A stretch of 64,000 bases of DNA. It comes from Tubiluchus corallicola. Lineage: Eukaryota; Animalia; Priapulida. The notes under the pieces were generated by a model. The model had not been told where the DNA came from. It saw nothing but the letters and a program-made list of their open reading frames with translations, and did not search any database. The stretch is taken from positions 75,424 through 139,423 of the forward strand of contig JAQGDQ010000564.1 of NCBI GenBank assembly GCA_030141605.1. Direction: 5' to 3'. The position numbers and the translations under genes are program-made. Every line of letters begins with the position of its first letter. The first letter of the stretch is position 1. Below are positions 39,910 through 53,800 of the stretch, in pieces.

Positions 39910-42900
39910 CTACATGAGGACGTTCTCTCCCTGCTTGCACACGGCATGGTATGCATTACGAATAAGCGCATACGGAAAACAAGACTCCAGCAAATCCATT
40001 GTTAAAAATGGCGACTCCTTCACAATCTGAAAATAGCAAATGCAGTTGCGAATTCATATTCTAATCAAAATTAACCCGTTAGAAATGAAGCAAAAGTCAA
40101 AGCTAAGGTAATCGAAGCTCTTCCTCAAGGCTCAACACTCGTGCTTCTATTTTTTCTCTATTTTTTAATTTACGTAAACAATTTTCATTACAAGAGACTC
40201 GACATCTATTTCTTCGCGGCTCATTTCTGTAACTGTACTTATTCTTGTGTTCTAGAGTCAGTTATCTGTAGTGCTAAAATGTACTGATGATTACAATAGA
40301 TGGCGTAATTAATGCTTGCCTCGTCTAATAATAAATAGACCGATTCTCGATTCTTTATTGCTTCTTTGTCTGTTTCCTGGCCAAGTTTTAATAAACTGGA
40401 AGACGCAAGCTGAAATAGACAAAAATCTTGGCAATAATATCTAATTGTTAAAAGACAAGAAATTTGTACGAAGTAACAGGTTAGCAGTGTGATATCTTAT
40501 ATAAACTCAACACAAATTTACATAAGCAATGTCTTTAACTCGTTCAGGATTTGCATTTTCTACAGGTTCATGAAAAACTGCTCTCACTAAGCACCGATTA
40601 CATTATAGTTGATCATTTTTGTAAGTTTCTACTCCTCAAACAATGGATTTTCATGCAAAATTATATATGAAATGCATTTGCTTACCTTATGCAAATTAAA
40701 AATCAATTTTTCATGAAAAGTTGAAAAAAGTTTTCAGTAACTGCAGTGTTTGCACTGTAACAATGTACAGTATCACTTGTGTGAAATTGGCTAATGCAGA
40801 AAATTTCAACTATTCAGATGCAACACTCTGATGCACTTTAGCCTCAAGTTGACTCGTCTTCTTAAAGATAAATTCGACTTGAGGCTAAAGTGTATCACAG
40901 AGTTAATTCCTATTGAAAGATGAAACCACAAATTCTGCTTGGGTGATCGGTTGGTTTTTCCTGGAACCCTGTACAGCAGACGGTCCTCTTGGGCAGTAGC
41001 AATCAGGCGATCAATAAAATAATCTGTACAAGCACACAAGTGTACACCAGACTAAGCTACTCAATAGGCTAAGTTGGAGAACTTGAAAATGGAATGTTTT
41101 TCTTAATTTTATCCAATTAAATCACTCATAAATGCTCAAACAAATAACATGATTGGATAGTAGAGATTCTACGGAATAGAACAGTACCTAATTTGTAATC
41201 ATTTAGTTATGTCTGGCGCTCATACAGGAGCAGAACAATCCTTGATCTTACAAGACCTATTTTGATTGGTGCCGTCCTGAAAACAGTTAATAAACAGACG
41301 AGGTATTTTTACCTTCTAACTACGATGTAATGATAATTTTTAACCAATCAACTGCCTGCTTCATACCTTGTCATTTAAAACTCAATGAATTTGAACCTGA
41401 TAGAACTATTAATTATGTAATTCTATTAGCAAAAAATCGTTTGCTTGCTACTATTTAACAACTTACCGCTAAGAATTCCTTTAATCTTTCCTCGATGTCG
41501 CCGTTGCCACAGTTGGTAAACATGGCAGCTGCCACATGATTGACCGCTTGAGCTAAACAGTGACTGTTATTCAGGTGACCTGAAAGACAGAACATTTTTG
41601 AAAATACAGTAAAGTATGTACGACTTGAACTGGTATTCTTGCATATCTCGAGCGGATCTTGTTGAACCGATTTTCCCTCGAACAAACATCGTGTAACTCG
41701 AATTATCTCATCGTAACTCCAACTGAATTCACGGTACAATTCTTAAGAATCTGATTAATATTACCTCATCAATCTCGAACAGCCTCCCAAGTGAGAAATC
41801 CTACGCGAAAGTGTGCACCACATTACAATTTTAGGTGCCAGTTTCAGCAAAAATGCTAAGATTTCTTGTATTACCTTAGCAACATGGCTTAACAAACGTG
41901 GTTTAATGTAGATCACAATATGATCATTGCTGAATTCTATTAACCATGCTATTTAGACTACGTTAGAGTTGGACCAGTCATTTTATTTTTGATTATTCAG
42001 AAAAACTGATATTTGATATTTGATTAAAGACTCAATTTGTTATTTTCACAGGCTGCAGTGTTACTACTCTTCTGTCTGATATTGATGAGCGACTCAATCT
42101 TGTTTTCTTATGAACATTATCAAACTCGTACTTAACGAATAACTCAAACAAATTTTCTGGTCCCGAGATGTTCGAGTCATACGTAGATTACTGTAGTCAG
42201 TTTCTTTAACTACATTCACACTACCTTTGCACACTACTCATGATTATATCAAAATGCATAGTTTGCACGTCTAGTCGTGTAAAACTGTAAGTAAATAGGT
42301 TTATATGTGTCTCGGGCCAAACAGATGTTAACAAAACCAAATTTTATCAGGCGGTTCAAAGCATGAAAATATGTCTCTCTAGTTCTTCTGCAACGCACAG
42401 CTTTGGTTTGAAATTATAAAACTAACGATCAGATCAAGGCTGCCACCTATAGGTCTAAAATGTTATCAAATTAATAAGCATAAAGTAATCAGTGCTTTGT
42501 ATTGAGCCGTTGCACTAAAAGTATCCAACATTTCAACTAACCTGCAAGAGAAGGTTTGTGCTGCCACCTATAGGTCTAAAATGTTATCAAATTAATAAAC
42601 ATAAAGTAATCAGTGCTTTGTATTGAGCCGTTGCATTAAAAGTATCCAACATTTCAACTAACCTTCAAGTGAAGCTTTGTGCTGCCACCTATAGGTCTAA
42701 AATGTTATCAAATTAATAAACATAAAGTAATCAGTGCTTTGTATTGAGCCGTTGCACTAAAAGTATCCAACATTTCAACTAACCTTCAAGCGAAGCATTG
42801 TGCTGCCACCTATAGGTCTAAAATGTTATCAAATTAATAAACATAAAGTAATCAGTGCTTTGTATTGACCCGTTGCATTTTAAAGTATACAACATTTCAA

Positions 42901-45900
42901 CTAACCTTCAAGCGAAGCTTTGTGCTGCCACCTATAGGTCTAAAATGTTATCAAATTAATAAACATAAAGTAATCAGTGCTTTGTATTGAGCCGTTGCAT
43001 TAAATGTATCCAACATTTCAACTAACCTTCAAGCGAAGCATTGTGCTGCCACCTATAGGTCTAAAATGTTATCAAATTAATAAACATAAAGTAATCAGTG
43101 CTTTGCATTGGGCCGTTGCATTAAAAGTATCCAACATTTCAACTAACCTTCAAGCGAAGCTTTGTGCTGCCACCTATAGGTCTAAAATGTTATCAAATTA
43201 ATAAACATAAAGTAATCAGTGCTTTGTATTGAGCCGTTGCATTACAAGTATCCAACATTTCAACTAACCTTCAAGCGAAGCTTTGTGCTGCCACCTATAG
43301 GTCTAAAATGTTATCAAATTAATAAACATAAAGTAATCAGTGCTTTGTATTGAGCCGTTGCATTAAAAGTATCTAACATTTCAACTAACCTTCAAGAGAA
43401 GCTTTGTGCTGCCACCTATAGGTCTAAAATGTTATCAAATTAATAATCATAAAGTAATCAGTGCTTTGTATTGAGCCGTTGCATTAAAAGTATCCAACAT
43501 TTCAACTAACCTTCAAGTGAAGCTTTGTGCTGCCACCTATAGGTCTAAAATGTTATCAAATTAATAATCATAAAGTAATCAGTGCTTTGTATTGAGCCAT
43601 TGCATTAAAAGTATCCAACATTTCAACTAACCTTCAAGCGAAGCATTGTGCTGCCACCTATAGGTCTAAAATGTTATCAAATTAATAAACATAAAGTAAT
43701 CAGTGCTTTGTATTGAGCCGTTGCATTAAAAGTATCCAACATTTCAACTAACCTTCAAGCGAAGCTTTGTGCTGCCACCTATAGGTCTAAAATGTTATCA
43801 AATTAATAATCATAAAGTAATCAGTGCTTTGTATTGAGCCATTGCATTAAAAGTATCCAACATTTCAACTAACCTTCAAGTGAAGCATTGTGCTGCCACC
43901 TATAGGTCTAAAATGTTATCAAAGTAATAAACATAAAGTAATCAGTGCTTTGTATTGAGCCGTTGCACTAAATGTATCCAACATTTCAACTAACCTTCAA
44001 GTGAAGCATTGTGCTGCCACCTATAGGTCTAAAATGTTATCAAATTAATAAACATAAAGTAATCAGTGCTTTGTATTGAGCCGTTGCATTAAAAGTATCC
44101 AACATTTCAACTAACCTTCAAGGGAAGCTTTGTGCTGCCACCTATAGGTCTAAAATGTTATCAAATTAATAAACATAAAGTAATCAGTGCTTTGTATTGA
44201 GCCGTTGCATTAAAAGTATCCAACATTTCAACTAACCTTTAAGGGAAGCTTTGTGCTGCCACCTATAGGTCTAAAATGTTATCAAAGTAATAAACATAAA
44301 GTAATCAGTGCTTTGTATTGGGCCGTTGCATTACAAGTATCTAACATTTCAACTAACCTTCAAGAGAAGCTTTGTGCTGCCACCTATAGGTCTAAAATGT
44401 TATCAAATTAATAAACATAAAGTAATCAGTGCTTTGTATTGAGCCGTTGCATTAAATGTATCCAACATTTCAACTAACCTTCAAGCGAAGCATTGTGCTG
44501 CCACCTATAGGTCTAAAATGTTATCAAATTAATAAACATAAAGTAATCAGTGCTTTGTATTGGGCCGTTGCAATAAATGTATCCAACATTTCAACTAACC
44601 TTCAAGCGAAGCATTGTGCTGCCACCTATTGGATTAAAATGTTATCAAATTAATAAACATAAAGTAATCAGTGCTTTGTATTGGGCCGTTGCAATAAATG
44701 TATCCAACATTTCAACTAACCTTCAAGCGAAGCATTGTGCTGCCACCTATAGGTCTAAAATGTTATCAAATTAATAAACATAAAGTAATCAGTGCTTTGT
44801 ATTGAGCCGTTGCATTAAAAGTATCCAACATTTCAACTAACCTTCAAGCGAAGCTTTGTGCTGCCACCTATAGGTCTAAAATGTTATCAAATTAATAATC
44901 ATAAAGTAATCAGTGCTTTGTATTGAGCCATTGCATTAAAAGTATCCAACATTTCAACTAACCTTCAAGTGAAGCATTGTGCTGCCACCTATAGGTCTAA
45001 AATGTTATCAAAGTAATAAACATAAAGTAATCAGTGCTTTGTATTGAGCCGTTGCACTAAATGTATCCAACATTTCAACTAACCTTCAAGTGAAGCATTG
45101 TGCTGCCACCTATAGGTCTAAAATGTTATCAAATTAATAAACATAAAGTAATCAGTGCTTTGTATTGGGCCGTTGCAATAAATGTATCCAACATTTCAAC
45201 TAACCTTCAAGGGAAGCTTTGTACAAAGAGTTGTCACTTCTAGCCAGACGAGGCAGAGCTACTGCAACAAATACCATCAGTAAACAAGATATGAGATAAT
45301 CCTCATCCTGAGTTATTCCTTCTGCAAGAAAAAAGTGAGTTCTAATGACGTCAACGTGATTCTACGTTAGCGTTTACTGATCTTAACATGAACTTGACAA
45401 TGAACAACATGATTTTAGGTTGATCCTCGGCAATCACTCAGTAATTCATAATGCGCTTATCAGAGACTCAAAACTAGTGATGCTTGATAAGTGAACTGCA
45501 ATACACAGTTCATGACAAGTGAAGTATAATATACAATTCATGACAAGTGAATTATAATGCACAGTTCATGATAACTGAACTGTAATACACAGTTCATGAC
45601 AAGTGAACTATAATACACAGTTCATGACAAGTGAATTATAATACACAGTTCATGACAAGTGTACTATAATGCACAGTTCATGACAAGTGAATTATAATAC
45701 ACAGTTCATGGCAACTGAACTATAATACACAGTTCATGGCAAGTGAACTATAATATACAGTTCATGACAAGTGAACTATAATAAACCCACACAGTCCTTA
45801 AAAAATGTTAATTTAATGAAGAACTTCTCAGAATTACCAAGTCATTCAAGAATCATTAAATTATCATTTTTAGTTCAAACATTAATTCGGTATTTAGTAG

Positions 45901-48900
45901 TAAACAAAGAAAAGTACAGGTTGTTCAAAAAATAGCTTACCCATTTTTTGAGCACGAAGTGCCATACATAATGCTGGATCAACTTTACATGGAAGACCTC
46001 CAGCGGATGCCATTTCGTTCACGATCTAAGCGCAGAAAAAAATGTATATGTATCTACGTTTACATATACAAACAAGAAGTTTTACTACTTTATAAATGAC
46101 AAGATCTTGATAAGAACTTGTCTGTAAATTTACACAATTGTAATAATTATTGCTGGACGGACATTATATTTTGTGTACTGTTTACTTACCTATATTTCAC
46201 ATTTATTTACACTACAAAATTATTAGTTTCCACATTAAAGATTACTGCTGTGATTTGATACACCTGTTACTATATAAAATGCCAAGAAACTAGCTAAAAC
46301 TTTAGCACTAGATTTGATTATCAATATACATGTATTAAAAATCCGATTTTTTTCTACTCATGCAGAAGCGGACGTTATAGTGTAAAGGTAACCTGTCTAC
46401 TATTCGACTGGGCGGATGAGTTCCTGGCCGGGTCATACCAAGGACTATAAAAAAGGCACCTGCTGTTGTCCTGCCTGGTGCACGGCATTTAGGGCAAAAG
46501 TGGGGATATAATGATGTCTGCCATGTAGTTATACAAGTTAGCAAAAAGCGCTTAGAGTTTATGTTAATTCAAAAGTCGACTTTAAATAAAGATTATTATT
46601 ATTATTATTGGTATAAAATGTATAAATAACAGGTAATGATAACAATTACAAGTAAATTAAGACCCATGTTAATAGAGATAAGTAATTCATCGATTCTATT
46701 CTATACAGGAAAAATTCCCCCCAGTATGACAAAAGCACCAATTCCATGAAACTTAATATAAAATTGAATTTTAAGCTCTGTACTTCACCCCCACTGCCCC
46801 ACCTGCACGTACACTTCACATGCACTTCACCCCCACTGCCCCACCTGCATGTACACTTCACATGTACTTCACCCCCACTACCCCACCAATAATATCATAT
46901 TATTGGACAGATGTAGTTTAAACTGTGACTGACCTTATACAAAACACCTAACCAGAATTTTTCTATTTATTATGTTAAAGTCAAACTAAACCTTCACTAT
47001 AATATAAGCTCTTGCAACTTGAAATCTTATTCAATTTATTTTATTATAAACTTTGATTTTTTCTCAGTTCATTGTTAGCCCTACAAGACAAAAACCCAAC
47101 TTTGTCCTACAAGACAAAAACCCAACTTTGCCCTACAAAACAAAAAACCAACTTTGCCCTACAAGACAAAAACCCAACTGCCCTACAAGACAAAAAAACA
47201 ACTTTGCCCTACAAGACAAAAACCCAATTTTGTCCTACAAGACAAAAAACCAACTGCCCTACAAGACAAAAACCCAACTTTGTCCTACAAGACAAAAAAC
47301 CCAACGTTGCCCTACAAGACAAAAAAACAACTTTGCTGAAAAACAATTGCCTACAAGACAAAAAACAACTTTGTCCTACAAGACAAAAAACCAACTGCCC
47401 TACAAGACAAAAACCCAACTTTGCCTACAAGACAAAAACCCAAGTTTGCCCTACAAGACAAAAACCCAACTTCGTCCTACAAGACAAAAACCCAACTTTG
47501 CCCTACAAGACAAAAACCCAACTTCGTCCTACAAGACAAAAACCCAACTTTGCCCTACAAGACAAAAACCCAACATTGCCCTACAAGACAAAAACCCAAC
47601 TTTGCCCTACAAGACAAAAACCCAACTTTGCCCTACAAGCAAAAACCCAACTTTGTCCTACAAGACAAAAAACCAACTTTGCCCTACAAGACAAAAACCC
47701 AACTTTGCCCTACAAGACAAAAACCCAACTTCGTCCTACAAGACAAAAACCCAACTTTGCCCTACAAAGACAAAAAACCAAGTTTGCCCTACAAGACAAA
47801 TGTGCAGAGTGGAGACAAAAAAGTGAGATTAAATACACACAGTGCTACTACACAAGGTTTACATGCATGACATCATAACACTAATATATAATCTATATGT
47901 CAATGATATGTAATATCTATGCATATTCTATAATGGTCAAACTACACAGACCAGTAACATGCTCTTATGATATGCGTAATGCCAGGACTGCAAGCTATCT
48001 AACATTGAACTCAAGTAACCAAACAGCAAATGTGGATATCTAACAGCAACGTCGTTATAATAAACTACTGATAACCTTAATTAGTATTGTTAGCTAACAC
48101 AGTACAAACAGTTAAAAAACAGTGTTAATCAAATATGAAAAACCACATTTGGCAATACTTAATCAAAACAAAAGACTTTTCATGAAAATACAACATTTCT
48201 TAACAATCTCTGGCATCATGCCAAGTGTCTAACATTAATTATTATAAAATACAATACAATTTTGAAATAAAAACAAACAATGGAACTGAAACAATGAAAC
48301 CGGCTATATGATTATTGTGGGAGTAATTATTAGTGCCATTAGTGCCACTATGAGCCACTAGTCATCATGCAATGCTAACCATGTGATGTGTGATAAAATA
48401 TGAAAGCATGCCGTATACCTGTGTCCTAATGCTGGCCAACTGTAAAATATGAAACAGAACATAGACAAAGGGAATTAGTTAACCATAACCAAAGTTACAT
48501 GTATAAAATTAGAAATTAAAGGAACCAGTAACCTGTCCAAGTTCTTTATGATCAGTTATTAGTGATAACCAAAGTGATTTTGATTATTCAGTCCAGGATA
48601 TGTAGTTTGTTTAATAAATTATGATCATTAGGTCACAGAAATCGTGTAATTTTCCGCAAAAGGCTCACAAACCAAAATCTGGTAGGTTGTTTTAGTAACA
48701 GATGCAAGATTGCTTATTTTGCATGAGTGAAATACAGATTGCAGGAAATAAAACTGTGAGATATTGCTAACATTATGCACGTACGTTCAATAAGTCAACA
48801 AAAACAACCACAAATTTGCCAATATTTCAAAATAAACTCATTCTACTACAGTAAGTCCTTACTTAACGACACTAATGCACTCCAGCAAAACGCGACGTTA

Positions 48901-50760
48901 AGCGAAACGTCGCTAAATGAAACCAAGACTTCAACAGAAAATCATGTAAAAGAATTGAGATTCGTTCCAGAGGCAAAATGTAATGCTGGTTAAAGCAAAA
49001 ACAAATTCAACATTTGATGAGTTTCACTCATATTTCTACTGATAAATTTCCTTCTGTTTGCTTGAAACCACATCACTTTCTAACCACTAGCTAGACTTGC
49101 TAGAGGCTTCTCTTTTGCTAACATTGAAGCTCTACATATAAGCAGTTAAACGCTAGTGAAAAACCTTCAGAAATTAGTGTTGTAGTGTGTTTACCGTAGC
49201 AACAGTAGTGTGTTTACCGTAGCAACATTACTGTGTTTACCGTAGCAACAGTAGTGTGTTTACCATAGCAACAGTAGTGTGTTTAATGTAGCAACAGTAG
49301 TGTGTTTACCGTAGCAACAGTAGTGTGTTTACCGTAGCAACAGTAGTGTGTTTACTGCAGCAACAGTAGTGTGTTTACCGTAGCAACAATAGCGTGTTTA
49401 CCATAGCAACAGGTTGCAGACAAAATTTCTTGGCATAAAGTTTGGCAACATATAGACCGCAAACGGATCTCGCTTGATACAAACGGCTAGTGTGAATGTG
49501 CAAAGTAAAGCATCGTTACATGGGGAGTTGCTAAGCGAGGACTTACTATAATAACATCAGCGATTTCACGTCCATAAGAAGCACTTTACTGATGTAAGTG
49601 TGAATGTGCAAAGTAAAAGCAAGTGTCCCTCCCTCCTAGAAGCAAATTCTGCGTGACGTTACATCAGCTAAGCACCGATAAGTACCAGAAATGACGAGTA
49701 CTGTTAAATACCTTTCTAAACTTCAGTGCGACAGTTTTTATATACGCATGGTGCATACTTACCAGCATGGTGTCTTGTCCGATTGGAACATGATGGTGGA
49801 AATCTTTGATGGAAGACAATAAAAAGGGACTGCGATCGATCAAAACCTGAAAAAATGAAAACGCCAATATGAGCGTTTCAATTCTCCAGTTTAGAAGCGT
49901 ATACGCACCATGCAAATAAGCCTTTTCACAGCTTAGTTGGACGCACGCGATAGTTACTGTAGGTCAAAGGTTAACTGTACCACAACGTGCCTTAACTACA
50001 ACCATCATGTGACATGTGGGTAAAGAAAAGCCAACAGCCATATCAGTTCGGTAACTTCAGTTGTTTTACATGGAATTTACTTGATTATGCGTTAGTCTGT
50101 GCGTAGAGTGATTTACTAGCAGGATCTTGCTTGGAAACAAGAAAAAATGAACTAGGTAAAGTTCTAGTTAGCTGTTACAACTGTTACTACTACAATAGCA
50201 TGGGCTGAGAGACATTGTCAAGTGTAAACAAATGCGTTGTCTGGTACGCTTAACCTTTGACCTTTTCGCGATCATCATCAATCGCTGGAACTGTGAAAAG
50301 GCTTATTAACATGTGCAGTGGGTGAATAAGTGCTGATATTACCACCAGCTGGCACCACCAGTTGGTATTTGTGAAAGATTGTAATCGTATTCTTTGAATG
50401 AGTAAGACATTGAGAGATAAGAAACAAAACGCGTACATCGCTAAGAGCTTCTTGCGCGAGCTGACGAAAACACAAAATCACTCCGATGATGGTCATCCTC
50501 TGCAGAATATTGTCCATGTCTGAAATAAGAGAAAAACAATATTAACAACAGCAACTAAGTAACTAAGTAACTAAGCAGATGACATACAAAAGGCAAGAAA
50601 ATGTTTAGTAACTCAAGGAATTAAATTAACGGAGGGTTTATTAAATTACCAACAACAAGCAAAATATTATCCTTAATTTCATAGTAAAATGTCTTTTACA
50701 ATAACTAACAACAACAATAATAATAATAACTAATGATAATAATAATAATAATAACTAATG

Positions 50761-50854
<94 letters not shown>

Positions 50855-53800
50855 TAATAATAACTAACTATAATAATATAATAACTAACGATGATAATAA
50901 TAATAATAATAATAATAATAACTAACAATAATTAACACAAATGCTTAAGAAAATGAAATGGGAAAACAGTGAAACGTCTGCCTCTTCGAAACATTTGGCA
51001 AAGAATACACGACAGAGCCAGCTTCTAGGAATTGCCATGTTTAGCAAGCGATGATCGTTTCCGTTACTTTAGCCGTTATCAAACTATACTACTGTATGCG
51101 GAGGTGACAGGGATGCGGAGGTGACTGGGATGTGGAGGTGACTGGGATGCGGAGGTGACTGGGATGCGGAGGTGACTGGGATGCTGAGGTGACTGGGATG
51201 CTGAGGTGACTGGGATGCGGAGGTGACTGGGATGCGGAGGCGACTGGGAGGGCTTCAATTCTACATTTAGCATTTTATATAGTGCAAATAAAGTTAAAGA
51301 TGTTCAAGATAGCAGAGTCCTTATACATTATGAAGCACCAGCCATTTCTTAACAACCGTCATTGGTGGTAGCTTGTCGTACTCTGTCTATTTCTGTGTTT
51401 TGAAATTTATTTTGACTGTATTCCCCAGGGTCTGAGGCAGTTGGACATAGTCTCTGTGTCATATTCACATGCTGTTGGTTTCCCATATTGTAGCTCCTTA
51501 TTGTAAATTTGTGCAAAATGTAGAAGTTGTTGTTTTGTTCTTATAATGCTTTCTGCTGTGGTTTTTCACGATGTAGACTTGAATTAATTGTGTTTTGAAA
51601 TTTATTTTGACTGTATTCCTCAGGGTCTGTAGCGGTCCTGGTGGATTTATTCTCTGTGTCACATTCACATGCTGCTGGTTTCCCATATTGTAGTTAGAAG
51701 TTGTTGTTTTGTTCTTATAATGCTTTCTGCTGTGGTTCTTCACTATGTAGACTTGAATTAATTGTGTTTTGTAATTTATTTTGACTGTATTCCTCTGGGT
51801 CTGTAGCGGTCGTTGTGGATTTAGTCTCTGTGTCACATTCACATACTGCTGGTTTCCCATATTGTAGTTCCTTCTTGTTGTAAATTTGTGCAAAATGTAG
51901 AAGTTGTTGTTTATTCTTATAATGCTTTCTGCGTTGGTTTCCCATATTGTAGACTTGAATTAATTCTTAACACTCTGTGTTCTTTTCTGCTTCTCCTGTG
52001 TTAAATAAAAATTTTTACATTTCTCTGCATTTCCTTCCATTACAACCTGGTTTATTTTATTAAGTTCTAATCTGTTGCTTTCTAGTTTCAGCTTGTATCA
52101 CTAATGTCTTATTTCTTCTTCTTCTTTTTTCGCTTGATTTGTAGTTTGATAATGGCCACAGTAGCCGTAACCATCGTCGCTCAATAAACACGATGATTGG
52201 GCAAAGACTCTGCTTTCAAGCATCATGGCCGCCATAGAACACTCTACAATTTCTTGATCATGAGAATAATTATCGACTAACTTACTTGGAAGTCTTCTGA
52301 ATAAATCTCTCATAATATTTGGCTTGTCAAAGTTTGTGCGCAGTTCGTTTAACACGTCCTTGTGTTGAATTACAAGTTTCTGAAGTAAAAAATACGTAAT
52401 TTACAAGTGAGACAATAACTAAAATAGATTTCTGACAAAAGGAGACAATAGTAGTTATTTCATATGAGGAATGAGTTTCATTATGCGCAGGTGCAGTTGG
52501 TGTAGGTCAAAGGTTAAGTGTACTACAGTAACACGTCTTAACTACAAGCATCATGTGACATGTGGGTAAAGCAAAGCCATCTGCCGCATCTGTTCAGGCC
52601 AAGCATTATTGACATTGTGGCGCAGGGTAATTAAGGGTTTTACATGGCCGAGCACTATTGACATTATGGCGCAGGGTAATTAAGGGCTTTACATGGCCGA
52701 GCATTATTGACATTGTGGCGCAGGGTAATTAAGGGCTTTACATAGCCGAGCATTATTGACATTATGGCGCAGGGTAATTAAGGGCTTTACATAGCCGAGC
52801 ACTATTGACATTATGGTGCAGGGTAATTAAGGGCTTTACATAGCCAAGCACTATTGACATTATGGTGCACGGTAATTAACATCTCCTTTTGCTGGAATGC
52901 GTTAGCGTCGTTAAGCAAGGACTTACCGCATACGACTAAAAGTCCAACATGTGAACCTACCTTTAACTCTATCACTTGACTTGCAATATGCCACATCAAG
53001 CTTTCGCTAAGATACTTCATACCGTACGGTCCTATCAGCTCTGCCAGCGCTCGTAATTCTGATAAAAAAGAAAATTACTGTGTCAAAAATATCACAAAAT
53101 TGTGCTGGAGATTGAAGAACGAGCACAAGAAAGGGGGGGGGGGACAGAAAATGCAACTCATGCAGCTTGAACAGCATTCGAATAGTACAAACATAATGTA
53201 CTTCACACTACCTATAGTGGTAATAAAAGGAATAGCTGAATTGTCATGGTGTGTGCCTCTTTAAGCAACACCACAACTGGTCAGTGAATGTATGGGTGAC
53301 CACTAAGCTCAGTACTAATTTCAAATCTATACTATATTAATTCTGATTGTCTGCCTCATAGACTGACATCCAGCGAGGACATATTTGCCATCCGAGCAAA
53401 ACTAACACACTCCTGATGGTTCAGTGCCTCAACTTAGATTAATAATAAGTTGTTATGCTACAAGCAACCACATTGAGTAAACCCGTAAACCGCTGATTAC
53501 TGACTTCTAGCTTGCACAGTACTCAACATACGAGCAGCTTTGCTTAACTACATCAGAGAAACGCACACATGACCACTCAGCTATATCACCCCACGAGTAC
53601 TACAGATAATGCATAGGTCACACTGGTGTTAGTTTTAGCATAAAAATACTTAGTACAAACCATTAACATCAGAATATTCTTCTGCATTAAAGTTGAGCTG
53701 TCTTTCATCTGTTGTCAAGCTGACAAATGCATGCTGATTCTTAGAGTACATAATCTGACCTGTACTAACTTTTCTCAGTAACACGTCCAAGTACCTAAAA

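Noticed and set aside
47053-47878. 257-268-aa ORFs (likewise 38385-39157)
   Set aside because: Translations of the 26-bp and 51-bp minisatellites.
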